64,000 nucleotides of DNA, taken from contig CACDJC010000003.1 in assembly GCA_902552475.1 (NCBI GenBank), positions 8,957 to 72,956 of the forward strand. The letters run 5' to 3'. The notes beneath the pieces are model-generated. The model did no database searches and was not told the DNA's origin. It saw only the letters and a program-made list of their open reading frames with translations. This document shows positions 47,002-56,285 of the stretch, piece by piece (position 1 is the first letter of the stretch; each line of letters starts with the position of its first letter). The position numbers and the translations under genes are program-made. This DNA is from an uncultured Pelagibacteraceae bacterium (GTDB lineage: Bacteria; Pseudomonadota; Alphaproteobacteria; Pelagibacterales; Pelagibacteraceae).

Positions 47002-47744
47002 TGGAAATTAATTTACTTTTTTTAATCAGTGTTGTGCCTGCAATTATTTTGTATGGGATAGCAAAGTCTGGTTTAGGTGGATCTATATCGTTAATTTCTG
47101 TTCCATTAATGACTGTTGTAATGCCATTAAACCAAGCACTTGCAGTAATTTTACCGATTCTAATTTTTTCAGACATAATAGCCGTATATAGATTTAGAAG
47201 AGAATTTGATTTTAGTACACTAAAATTGATAGTTCCATTTGCTGCTTTAGGTATTATTATTGGTTCTTTCACATTTAAATATTTTTCAGAGGATTTACTT
47301 AAATTAATTGTTGGAATAATGGGCTTTTTATTTGCTGGTCATTATTTTTTGTTTAAGAAAGAAAAAAAAATACCAGCTAAAAAAAATTTTTTAAAAGGTG
47401 CTATTTTTTCATCCATCGCCGGATTTTCAAGCTTTTGTGTACATGCCGGCGGAACTCCTACCAGCATTTATTTATTGCCTTTAAGATTAAAAAAAGAAAT
47501 TTATGTAGGCACAAGAATTATTTTTTTTACTTTTGTAAATTTAATAAAACTTCCCTTGTATATTTATCTTTCAATGATGAATTTTGATACTTTGTATCAG
47601 TCAGCGCTTCTTTTGCCATTAGCAATTACTGGAATATTTATTGGATATAAATTATTGAAAATTATAGATGAAAACTTATTTTACAATATTATTTATGCGT
47701 TAATTCTTGTCAGTAGTACAAAGCTTTTAATAGATTTTGTCTAA
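46998..47744 (+). CDS. TauE/SafE family membrane protein
   Basis: GIAKSGLGG, LPILIFSD, SFCVHAGGTP, NLIKLPLY. Confidence 0.82.
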   Translation: MMEINLLFLISVVPAIILYGIAKSGLGGSISLISVPLMTVVMPLNQALAVILPILIFSDIIAVYRFRREFDFSTLKLIVPFAALGIIIGSFTFKYFSEDLLKLIVGIMGFLFAGHYFLFKKEKKIPAKKNFLKGAIFSSIAGFSSFCVHAGGTPTSIYLLPLRLKKEIYVGTRIIFFTFVNLIKLPLYIYLSMMNFDTLYQSALLLPLAITGIFIGYKLLKIIDENLFYNIIYALILVSSTKLLIDFV

Positions 47745-48160
47745 GTAATATAAATTTTATCTGATAAACCGTAACAAAGAATTGCTGTTAAGATTAAAAA
47801 AACTGCAGGCGCTATAATACCTTCGTTTGTTGATTTTTCATTTAAACCTGTTTTATCGATTTTGATTGAATAAAAATTAGTAGCCAAAACACATGCATGT
47901 ATAATGAATATTAAATTAAAAAAAGCCCAAGTACCTTCAACTCCATTTGGTCTTACAAACATAATATAAATTGCCATGATTACCCAACCAACCATAAGAG
48001 CTCCAACAAATCTTACAATAACTGCAGCACTATGATCTATACCAAATTTATCCATAAATGTTTTAGTGCCAACAATTGTTTGAAAACAATAAACTGCAAT
48101 TCCAATAAAATGAACTAGAAATATAATTAAGTAAAATATTCCATTAAATTTTTCGATCAT
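47741..48160 (-). CDS. 4-TM hypothetical membrane protein
   Basis: Hydrophobic segments; in a minus-strand run with GT4 and thioredoxin-like genes. Confidence 0.65.
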   Translation of the reverse strand: MIEKFNGIFYLIIFLVHFIGIAVYCFQTIVGTKTFMDKFGIDHSAAVIVRFVGALMVGWVIMAIYIMFVRPNGVEGTWAFFNLIFIIHACVLATNFYSIKIDKTGLNEKSTNEGIIAPAVFLILTAILCYGLSDKIYIT

Positions 48161-48169
48161 ATTTTAATA

Positions 48170-49252
48170 TTATAAGATTCTCTTATAAGATTCAATTATC
48201 TTTTCCCATAGAAAGTTTTGAGAATTTTCTTTTGCTGCCTTTCCGTATTCTAAATATTTATTTTCTTTTAAAAGATCGTCAATGCTCGAATAGATTTCAT
48301 CTAAATTATTTCCATCACAAATAAGGCCAGTTTTTTTATGAATTATTGCATCAGATGCTCCGCCATCTTTGCCTCCAATAGATGGTATTCCATATTGAGC
48401 AGCCTCAATAAAGGCTATTCCAAATCCTTCAACAGATTTTTTATGAATTATTGAAGGCATAATGAAAATATTTGATTTTGCCACTAAAGCATTTTTAAAA
48501 TCAGAAGGAACATCTTTTAAAAAATTAATTTGATCTTCTAGTTTTAGTTCAATTACTAATTTCTTTAAATTTTCTTCATCATCACCAGTTCCAATACAAG
48601 TATAGACAATGTCAGGGTATATTTCCTTAAGATTTCTAATAGCCATTATTACTTTTTCGTGATTTTTTCTTTTTTCAAATCTAGAAACAGTGATTAATCT
48701 ATGTTTTTTTCCTTTCAATATTTCTTCTGCTTTTTTTAAATCATTTTTTGGAATTTCTTTTATTGGATCTACACCTGGATTAATTACTAAAATTTTTTTT
48801 TCTTCAACACCAAGATCAATTGCTAGTTTTTTTGTAAAGTTTGAATTTGCAATTACATGATCTACATTATTTAAAACATTTAAAATTTTTTGATTTAATC
48901 TGGAGCCTTTCTTATGGTTAATTTCTTTTGAATGTATTAAACAAATTTTCTTCTTATTTGTTTTTATTAACTCTAGACTTTTCCAGTGATCAGCTACAAT
49001 GCAACTAACTTTTGGATTTTGATTTAAATATTCGTTTATTAAAGAAGCTTTTCTATATTTTCTTAAAATTTTTATTCCACTAACTCTTTCAATAGAAAAT
49101 GATACTGTTTTATCAAATTCTTCATGACCTTCATTATAATCAGCAAAAACTTTTATTAGATTTAACTTTGAGAGTGATCTTGCTAGTCCCCACATTAAAT
49201 TTTGCATCCCACCAACTTCTGGAGGAAAAGTTCTAGTTACAACAAGATACAT
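48170..49252 (-). CDS. Glycosyltransferase family 4
   Basis: FPPEVGGMQ, ANSNFT, RKNH, EGFGIAFIEA. Confidence 0.9.
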   Translation of the reverse strand: MYLVVTRTFPPEVGGMQNLMWGLARSLSKLNLIKVFADYNEGHEEFDKTVSFSIERVSGIKILRKYRKASLINEYLNQNPKVSCIVADHWKSLELIKTNKKKICLIHSKEINHKKGSRLNQKILNVLNNVDHVIANSNFTKKLAIDLGVEEKKILVINPGVDPIKEIPKNDLKKAEEILKGKKHRLITVSRFEKRKNHEKVIMAIRNLKEIYPDIVYTCIGTGDDEENLKKLVIELKLEDQINFLKDVPSDFKNALVAKSNIFIMPSIIHKKSVEGFGIAFIEAAQYGIPSIGGKDGGASDAIIHKKTGLICDGNNLDEIYSSIDDLLKENKYLEYGKAAKENSQNFLWEKIIESYKRIL

Positions 49253-49256
49253 TATT

Positions 49257-49811
49257 TTATTTGAACCATTTTATACTGCAGCCCATACTCGGATATTGTT
49301 CTTTTGGACCTTTGCCAGTTTTTGCTATCATTTTCATTGCTCTTAATAATTCACTTTCTCCATTACCAACTGGTTTTAAGTCTTTTAATTCTCTAATTCT
49401 TCCTCTGTATTGAAGTTCAAGATTATTATTGTAACCAAAAAAGTCAGGAGTACATACTGCACCATAAGATTTGCCTATTTCTTGAGTTTCATCAATTACA
49501 TATGGAAAATTAAATTCATAATCTTTTGCAAAATTGATCATATTCTCAAAAGAATCCTCTTCATAAACTTTCGGATCATTTGACATTATTGCCAAAGATT
49601 TAATACCTTCATCTTCTAATTCTTTGGAATTTTTTACAGCTTCTTTTATTGTAGCTAAAACATAAGGACAATGATTACAAATGAACATTATAAGAGTTCC
49701 GTTTTCACCCTTAATATCATTAAGAGAAATCATCTTGTTTGTTGTGGATTTTAAATTGAAATCATCTGCTTTTTTTCCAAATTCGCATATTGGTGTTTTT
49801 GTAAGTCCCAT
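49257..49811 (-). CDS. Thioredoxin-fold/AhpC-TSA family protein
   Basis: FICNHCPYV, YGAVCTPDFF, YRGR, SMGCSIKW. Confidence 0.88.
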   Translation of the reverse strand: MGLTKTPICEFGKKADDFNLKSTTNKMISLNDIKGENGTLIMFICNHCPYVLATIKEAVKNSKELEDEGIKSLAIMSNDPKVYEEDSFENMINFAKDYEFNFPYVIDETQEIGKSYGAVCTPDFFGYNNNLELQYRGRIRELKDLKPVGNGESELLRAMKMIAKTGKGPKEQYPSMGCSIKWFK

Positions 49812-49831
49812 GATAAAATAATATATAATTT

Positions 49832-50344
49832 ATGTTTTACGATTTAAAAGATAAAAAACCAAAAAACTCTGGCGAAAATTGGGTAGCTCCAAATGCAGTT
49901 ATTATTGGAGATGTTACTTTAGAAAAAAATACAAGTATTTGGTTCAACGCAACTTTAAGAGGTGATGAGGAAAATATCCATATTGGCGAAGGATCAAACA
50001 TTCAAGATGGAAGTGTTTTGCATACAGACATAGGCTATCCATTAAAGGTTGGAAAAAATGTAACAGTTGGACATATGGTTATGCTACATGGGTGTTCAAT
50101 AGATGATAATAGTTTGATTGGAATTGGTGCTGTAATACTTAATAATGTAAAAATTGGAAAAAATTGCATTATAGGTGCAAAATCTTTAATTACAGAAAAC
50201 AAAGAAATTCCTGACAATTCTTTAGTAGTAGGTTCACCAGGAAAAGTAATAAGAAAAGTTACTGAAGAGGAAATAAAGCAAATATTAAAAAATGCTGAAG
50301 TATATCAAGATAACTGGAAAAAATACTCTACTTCTGTATTCTAA
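49832..50344 (+). CDS. Gamma carbonic anhydrase family (hexapeptide repeat) protein
   Basis: LRGD, SNIQDGSVLH, VGH..MLHGC Zn-ligand His residues. Confidence 0.9.
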   Translation: MFYDLKDKKPKNSGENWVAPNAVIIGDVTLEKNTSIWFNATLRGDEENIHIGEGSNIQDGSVLHTDIGYPLKVGKNVTVGHMVMLHGCSIDDNSLIGIGAVILNNVKIGKNCIIGAKSLITENKEIPDNSLVVGSPGKVIRKVTEEEIKQILKNAEVYQDNWKKYSTSVF

Positions 50345-50349
50345 ATAAA

Positions 50350-51546
50350 ATGAAAAAAATATTTTTATTTTTAATCGCTATAGTTTTTTATTCTACTTCA
50401 TTTTTAACTAATAATATTTTTGCAGAAATTAAAGTTCCAGGTTCAGGTGGAATTAATTATTGGAATGATTTTGAAAAATTTTACAAAAAGCAACTTAAGA
50501 AATCTGAAAAAAAGAAACAAAATTTAATTTATTATGGATCTACAAGTGGTGGAGGATGGGCTCCAGGATTTATAATTGTAAAAGAAGTTAATGATGAAGC
50601 TCATGAAAAAGCTTACGCAAAGTGTATGAAGAAAGCAAAAAAATATACACAAAATGATTGTTTTTTGTTTGCAATTAATGACAAAATTGTTTGGACAAAT
50701 ATTGATGGACCAATTGAAAGTATCAAGATGAATTTAGAAATTGATGAGAATGATAGAAAGCCAGGAAGATATTTTGAAGATCAGCCTGATACTACAAACG
50801 AACCACAAGTTCATTTTATATATATATTAAACAAAGATAGTAAAGATAATGAGTGGGATATTAATGGTAAAATGGAAAAAGAGCTATTAGCTGCAAATGA
50901 AAAAGTTTTGAAAATGACAAAAGGTAAACAAAAATTTAGATATGATATGAGAGAAGATGGTAAATTAGATATTTCATTTGTTAGATTTAATAAACAATAT
51001 AAGGGTAATTATGGGATGAATTATCCTGACGCTTATTTAACACAAAAAGGATTTAACGATCCTAATAAATTATATTTTGCTTGGGCAGATGTTAACAAAA
51101 GTAATGGAGGACAAGGAAGTGTCCACCATGGATATATTTTTTTACAAAGCAAACACATTTCAAACGCAAATAAAAGAATGATGATGACATTACATGAAAT
51201 ATTGCATGTAAATGGTTTTGCATGGCCTTGTACCAAAGGTAACTCTAATGGACACACATCAAGTTCAACCGTCATTGGTGGACCAGTTGGTGACGATTCG
51301 TATAGACTTGGAGTTTTGTATGATCACGGTGATGATACTTGTCCCGATTTTAAAGACTCTGTTTTTCTAGATCCAAAATCAGATAATCCTTTTAATCCAG
51401 TGGAATTAAAATGTGCAATGGCAGCTGAGGTTGGACGTGGTAAAGCTCCAAAAGAAAATTATGATTGGAGAAAAAGGTATTCTCATAAAAAGCTTCAAAA
51501 AATTAAAAAAAAGAAGACGTGGTGTACTTACAATGTTGGAAACTAA
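50350..51546 (+). CDS. Secreted zincin-like (HExxH) protein
   Basis: Signal peptide; LHEILHVNG motif; N-terminal C...CFLFAINDKIVW module. Confidence 0.65.
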   Translation: MKKIFLFLIAIVFYSTSFLTNNIFAEIKVPGSGGINYWNDFEKFYKKQLKKSEKKKQNLIYYGSTSGGGWAPGFIIVKEVNDEAHEKAYAKCMKKAKKYTQNDCFLFAINDKIVWTNIDGPIESIKMNLEIDENDRKPGRYFEDQPDTTNEPQVHFIYILNKDSKDNEWDINGKMEKELLAANEKVLKMTKGKQKFRYDMREDGKLDISFVRFNKQYKGNYGMNYPDAYLTQKGFNDPNKLYFAWADVNKSNGGQGSVHHGYIFLQSKHISNANKRMMMTLHEILHVNGFAWPCTKGNSNGHTSSSTVIGGPVGDDSYRLGVLYDHGDDTCPDFKDSVFLDPKSDNPFNPVELKCAMAAEVGRGKAPKENYDWRKRYSHKKLQKIKKKKTWCTYNVGN

Positions 51547-51746
51547 CTAAAAAGCAAACCATTAATTGAATAAATAATTAATCCTAAAATTATTATAAAA
51601 AAAATTACAAATGCAATTTGTTCAAGAGATTTTTTTTTTAGTTTAGTTTTGCCTTGTTTATACTGCCTTATTTGGACTATACCAAACCGGATAACAAACA
51701 TTCCGCAAATTATTAGTGATAAATAAAAAATAAAGTTAGCGATCAT
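51543..51746 (-). CDS. Small 2-TM membrane protein
   Basis: Two hydrophobic helices separated by a basic loop; 1 nt after the upstream gene. Confidence 0.55.
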   Translation of the reverse strand: MIANFIFYLSLIICGMFVIRFGIVQIRQYKQGKTKLKKKSLEQIAFVIFFIIILGLIIYSINGLLFS

Positions 51747-51747
51747 T

Positions 51748-52347
51748 TTAAGGAACCAGCCACTTTTCTTTATTATTTTCTATATTAAATCTAGCTCTAC
51801 GATGACCTTTTGCTGCCAAATAAAGCCATTCCATGCTTTTAATTTTACACTGAATAACTGTAAAGTTTTTATAACCTTCTTCACTTTGTTCCATGGTAAA
51901 TTCAAAATTATCTAATTCAGGTTTTAATCCTGATGTTGGAGAAGGGGACTCTGTCCCTGGTCCATTATCAACCAAATAACATTTTCGACTTATATGACCT
52001 GTTTTTGACCAAGATTCTTTAGTTATTTCATTATCATGATTAATAGTGCATTCTACTTTTAATCTTACTTGGATTTTTTCTTCTTTGTCATAAAAAAGCA
52101 TAGAAGCTTTTTTATTATTTTTTAATTTAGGAATTTTATCTGATCTAATATCACTGTGGAATTGTAATAGATTTTTTGATTGATCAGACTTCCTAAGAAC
52201 AACAATTCTTCCATCTATGTCGGATTGGTCGCCACAAATAAAAACAGGAATTCTAAATTGAGAACCTCTGTTAGTCACCGCATCATCTAACATTGACCAA
52301 ATTTTTTTTTTGATTTCTTTGAAATCTTCGTAGTATGCTGGTTGCAT
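51748..52347 (-). CDS. Pyridoxamine 5'-phosphate oxidase-like FMN-binding protein
   Basis: RIVVLR, FHSDIRSDK, KIQVR, WLYL..GHRRA, WLVP. Confidence 0.82.
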   Translation of the reverse strand: MQPAYYEDFKEIKKKIWSMLDDAVTNRGSQFRIPVFICGDQSDIDGRIVVLRKSDQSKNLLQFHSDIRSDKIPKLKNNKKASMLFYDKEEKIQVRLKVECTINHDNEITKESWSKTGHISRKCYLVDNGPGTESPSPTSGLKPELDNFEFTMEQSEEGYKNFTVIQCKIKSMEWLYLAAKGHRRARFNIENNKEKWLVP

Positions 52348-52353
52348 ACAATA

Positions 52354-53223
52354 TTACTTTCTAAATCTCCTAATTAAACTAGAAGTATCCCATCTATTTC
52401 CACCCATTCCTTGTACTTCTTCGTAATATTTATCAATTACTTCAGTTATAGGTAATGGAGAATTATTTTTTTTAGCTTCTTCTAGAGCAATTTTTAAATC
52501 TTTTCTCATCCAATCAACTGCAAAACCAAATTCAAACTGATCATCAATCATTGTTTTGTATCTGTTTTCCATTTGCCATGATTGTGCAGCTCCTTTTGAT
52601 ATAACTTCAATTACATCTTCCATTTTAAGACCTGCATTCATTCCAAAGTTTATAGCTTCAGATAAAGCTTGAACTAGACCACCAATACAAATTTGATTTA
52701 CCATTTTAGCTAATTGTCCACTTCCAGATTTACCAAGAAGTTTCATTTTTTTACTATAACAATCTATTATGTGGTTTGCTTTGTCATAGTCTTTTTGGTC
52801 ACCGCCAATCATTACTGTTAAGGCCCCATTTTCTGCGCCTGCTTGTCCTCCTGAAACAGGTGCATCTAAGAAACCAAACTCATTCTTTTTTGAATAATCA
52901 TAAATCTCTCTTGCAATTGTTGCTGAGGCAGTTGTGTTATCTATATATACTGCACCTTTTTTTATTGTTTTAAAAATTCCATTTTCTCCAAAAGTTACTT
53001 CTCTTAAGTCATTGTCATTTCCAACGCATGTTAAAATATATTCCGCATTTTCTGCAGCTTTTGCAGGTGTATCGGCTTTGTCACCTTTATATTCACTAAT
53101 CCATTTATCAGCTTTTGATCCTGTTCTATTAAAAACAGTTACATTATGCCCGGCTTTTGATATATATCCAGCCATTGGATAGCCCATCACACCTAGACCT
53201 ATGAAAGCAACTTTACAACTCAT
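52354..53223 (-). CDS. Beta-hydroxyacid dehydrogenase (3-hydroxyisobutyrate/tartronate semialdehyde reductase family)
   Basis: FIGLGVMGYPMA, DAPVSGGQAGA, GQLAKMVNQ, KDL. Confidence 0.9.
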   Translation of the reverse strand: MSCKVAFIGLGVMGYPMAGYISKAGHNVTVFNRTGSKADKWISEYKGDKADTPAKAAENAEYILTCVGNDNDLREVTFGENGIFKTIKKGAVYIDNTTASATIAREIYDYSKKNEFGFLDAPVSGGQAGAENGALTVMIGGDQKDYDKANHIIDCYSKKMKLLGKSGSGQLAKMVNQICIGGLVQALSEAINFGMNAGLKMEDVIEVISKGAAQSWQMENRYKTMIDDQFEFGFAVDWMRKDLKIALEEAKKNNSPLPITEVIDKYYEEVQGMGGNRWDTSSLIRRFRK

Positions 53224-53226
53224 ACA

Positions 53227-54450
53227 ATGATTATAGATACTATTAAATCAAATTTCAAAATAATTTTTTTTGGATTTATTTTTTTATTTGGTTCATCTGT
53301 AGGTCAAAGTTTCTTTATTGGTTTGTTTAATTTTGAAATTAGAAATGAATTAAATATTACAAATGGCCAGTTTGGAACTATTTATGGATTAGCTACATTA
53401 TGTAGTAGTGTATTATTAATATGGATAGGAAAAAAAATTGATGATTTCAAATTAATTCATTATTCACTATTTGTTGTTATTTTTTTGGCACTTTCTGCTT
53501 TAATTTTTTCCTTTATAAAAGGAATAGTTTTTTTATTTATTGGATTATTTTTACTAAGAATGTCAGGTCAAGGTTTGATGTCTCATACATCTACAACTGC
53601 TATTTCAAGATATTTTGAAAAAAGAAGAGGCAAAGCTTTAAGTATAGTGTTTTTAGGCATGTCCTTAGGTGAATTCATTCTACCAGTTCTAATAGTTTAC
53701 CTTTTGTCATTTATCTATTGGAGAGACTTATGGATTATAATTTCTATAATTATAATTTTATTATTACCTTTAATTTGTTTTTTTACTGTAAAAAATATCA
53801 GTATTTTATCTAGAGAACAAAATGACGAAAATAAAAAGAACAATTTAAGTTTAATAAAAAATTGGACAAGAAGAGAAGTTTTAAAGGATTATAGATTTTA
53901 TACTATACTTCCATGTCTGTTAGCATCTCCTTTTGTGATAACAGGCTTGGTAATATATCAATCATTTATTTTAGAGTCTAAAAATTGGGGAGACTATGTA
54001 ATAGCAAAAGCATTCATGTCTTATTCGTTTTTTACTGTTGTAACGTTATTTCTTTCTGGTTTTTTAGTTGATAAATTTACTAGTAGAAAACTTTTATTTT
54101 ATCTCAATATACCAATGATAGTGAGCTTAATTGTCATAGCATTTTCAGATCATTCATTTTCAGCATTTATTTTTATGGGTTTACTAGGTATTACAAATGG
54201 ATTAGCAAATGTAATAATTTCTTCGCTTTGGGCTGAAATTTATGGTGTTAATTATTTAGGATCTATTAAAGCTTTAACAGGTTCTCTGATTGTGTTTTCT
54301 ACTGCTTTTGCAACAGCTGTTTTTGGGATATTGATTGACTATGGTTATTCAATAGAAAAAATTTCAATTTTTTGTCTTATTTATACAGTCATTTCAACTG
54401 CAATTATTTTATTCTTTAGCAAATCATATAAACCAATAATGATAAAATAA
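53227..54450 (+). CDS. MFS transporter
   Basis: 12-TM pattern, GQSFFIG, LRMSGQG, RRGKALS, WAEIYG..LGSIK. Confidence 0.85.
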   Translation: MIIDTIKSNFKIIFFGFIFLFGSSVGQSFFIGLFNFEIRNELNITNGQFGTIYGLATLCSSVLLIWIGKKIDDFKLIHYSLFVVIFLALSALIFSFIKGIVFLFIGLFLLRMSGQGLMSHTSTTAISRYFEKRRGKALSIVFLGMSLGEFILPVLIVYLLSFIYWRDLWIIISIIIILLLPLICFFTVKNISILSREQNDENKKNNLSLIKNWTRREVLKDYRFYTILPCLLASPFVITGLVIYQSFILESKNWGDYVIAKAFMSYSFFTVVTLFLSGFLVDKFTSRKLLFYLNIPMIVSLIVIAFSDHSFSAFIFMGLLGITNGLANVIISSLWAEIYGVNYLGSIKALTGSLIVFSTAFATAVFGILIDYGYSIEKISIFCLIYTVISTAIILFFSKSYKPIMIK

Positions 54451-54488
54451 ACTTGATTTTTTAATATTAGAGGTATAAATAACGCGCC

Positions 54489-55013
54489 ATGGCAAGAGTT
54501 ACTGTTGAAGATTGTATAGATAAAGTTGAAAGTCCATATGAATTAGTATTGGTTGCAAAAGAAAGAGCTACTCAACTAAATTCTGGAATTGAACCAACTT
54601 TAGATAGAGATAATGATAAAAATACAGTTATAGCTCTAAGAGAAATTGCTGAAGAAACTATTAAAGTTCCAGATTTAACTGACGCTGCAGTCTATAAATT
54701 AAGAAAACACATAGAACAAGTAGATGACACAGGAGAAGATGAAGAGGATATAGGTGATGACTTTGAAAATCTATATAAAGGAGAAATTTCTAAGAGCGGT
54801 GTTCCAATTCTTCCTTCAAAAAGAGCAAGAAAAATTCCTGAAAAAATTCAAGTTTCAAAAGATGACTTGGCAGAGCTTCAAAACACAACAGAACAACCAT
54901 CAACAGAAACTTTGGAAGCATCTGAAGATCAAGAAGAAACCGACGTATCTTTGGATGAGATGAAAGACCAAGAAGAAAACGTTTCACAAGATACAGAAAC
55001 TGAAAATCAATAA
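54489..55013 (+). CDS. rpoZ: RNA polymerase omega subunit with long acidic C-terminal tail
   Basis: [34 protein letters not shown]. Confidence 0.95.
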   Translation: MARVTVEDCIDKVESPYELVLVAKERATQLNSGIEPTLDRDNDKNTVIALREIAEETIKVPDLTDAAVYKLRKHIEQVDDTGEDEEDIGDDFENLYKGEISKSGVPILPSKRARKIPEKIQVSKDDLAELQNTTEQPSTETLEASEDQEETDVSLDEMKDQEENVSQDTETENQ

Positions 55014-55018
55014 TTAGT

Positions 55019-56161
55019 TCAAGAAAATTCTTTAATAATTTTTTTTCTATGTTCGTCCAAGTCAGGAATATTTCCTCTTGTTTCAGAGTCTTTGTAGTTA
55101 GACATTTTAATTGGATTTCCTGCAGATTTAAATTCACCTAATATTTTATGGTAAGATTTAACAATCATATTTCTTTCTTTAATTTGTGGATTTTCAACAG
55201 CTTGTTTAATATTATAGATAGGTCCACACGGAATTTTTAGAGTTTTCATTTCTTTTATCCATTCGTCTGTATTTTTAGAATTTAACTTTTCTTCAAATAG
55301 AGATTTTAATAAATCCATATTTTCACATCGCAAGGCATTAGTATTAAATCTTTCATCTGAAGAAACTTCAGGAATTTTTAAAACTTCACATAAATTTGAA
55401 AATAATTTATCATTGCCTGCAGCAATAATTATATAACTATCTTTAGTTTTGAAAGCTTCAAAAGGTGCAATAGATGGATGTCTTGATCCCATTGGTTCAG
55501 GAATTTCTTTTTTTGATAAATATCTTGCAATTGCATTCTCTAAAATTGCAATTTGACAATCTAACATTGAAACATCGATAAAGGATCCTTTTCCAGTTTT
55601 TTCTCTATCAAATAGTGCAGCATTTATTCCAATCGCTGTAAATAAACCTGCTGTAATATCTCCAATAGAAGTTCCTACTCTTGTTGGTTCTGAATTTGGG
55701 TGTCCAGTAACGCTCATCAATCCACCCATTCCTTGAACAACCATATCATAAGCCGGTAATTCTTTTAAAGGACCTGTCTGTCCAAATCCTGACGCTGAAG
55801 CATAAATTAATCTTGGATATTTTTTTGTCATTTCTTTCCAACCAAAACCCCATTTTTCTAAAGTTCCTGGTTTAAAATTTTCAACTAGCACATCAGCTTT
55901 AGATAATATTTTTTCAAATATTTTTTTATCATCAGAATTTTTTAAATTTAAGGCTATGCTTTCTTTGCCTCTATTCAACGACATAAAATAAGCTGAATAA
56001 TTTTCTATGAAAGGTCCAAATTTTCTAGAGTCATCTCCACCTTCAGGTGCTTCGATTTTAATAACTCTTGCACCAAGATCCGATAATATCATTGTGCAAT
56101 AAGGACCCACCAGAACTCTAGTTAAATCAACAACTAATAAATTTTTTAAAGGGCCATCCAT
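55019..56161 (-). CDS. Family III (CaiB/BaiF) CoA-transferase, YfdE/UctC-like
   Basis: DLTRVLVGP, GDDSR, NRGKES, ADVLVENF, SGFGQTGP, AYD, VGTSIGD (catalytic Asp). Confidence 0.88.
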   Translation of the reverse strand: MDGPLKNLLVVDLTRVLVGPYCTMILSDLGARVIKIEAPEGGDDSRKFGPFIENYSAYFMSLNRGKESIALNLKNSDDKKIFEKILSKADVLVENFKPGTLEKWGFGWKEMTKKYPRLIYASASGFGQTGPLKELPAYDMVVQGMGGLMSVTGHPNSEPTRVGTSIGDITAGLFTAIGINAALFDREKTGKGSFIDVSMLDCQIAILENAIARYLSKKEIPEPMGSRHPSIAPFEAFKTKDSYIIIAAGNDKLFSNLCEVLKIPEVSSDERFNTNALRCENMDLLKSLFEEKLNSKNTDEWIKEMKTLKIPCGPIYNIKQAVENPQIKERNMIVKSYHKILGEFKSAGNPIKMSNYKDSETRGNIPDLDEHRKKIIKEFS

Positions 56162-56285
56162 ATTTATAATATTTATGATTATAGCGGCATTGACAATAGT
56201 AATAATATAACTATGTATTTTTCTTCAAATGTGACTTTAATTAATTACAATTTAAAAGGAAAAAAGGTTAGTTTTTTAATAAAAA

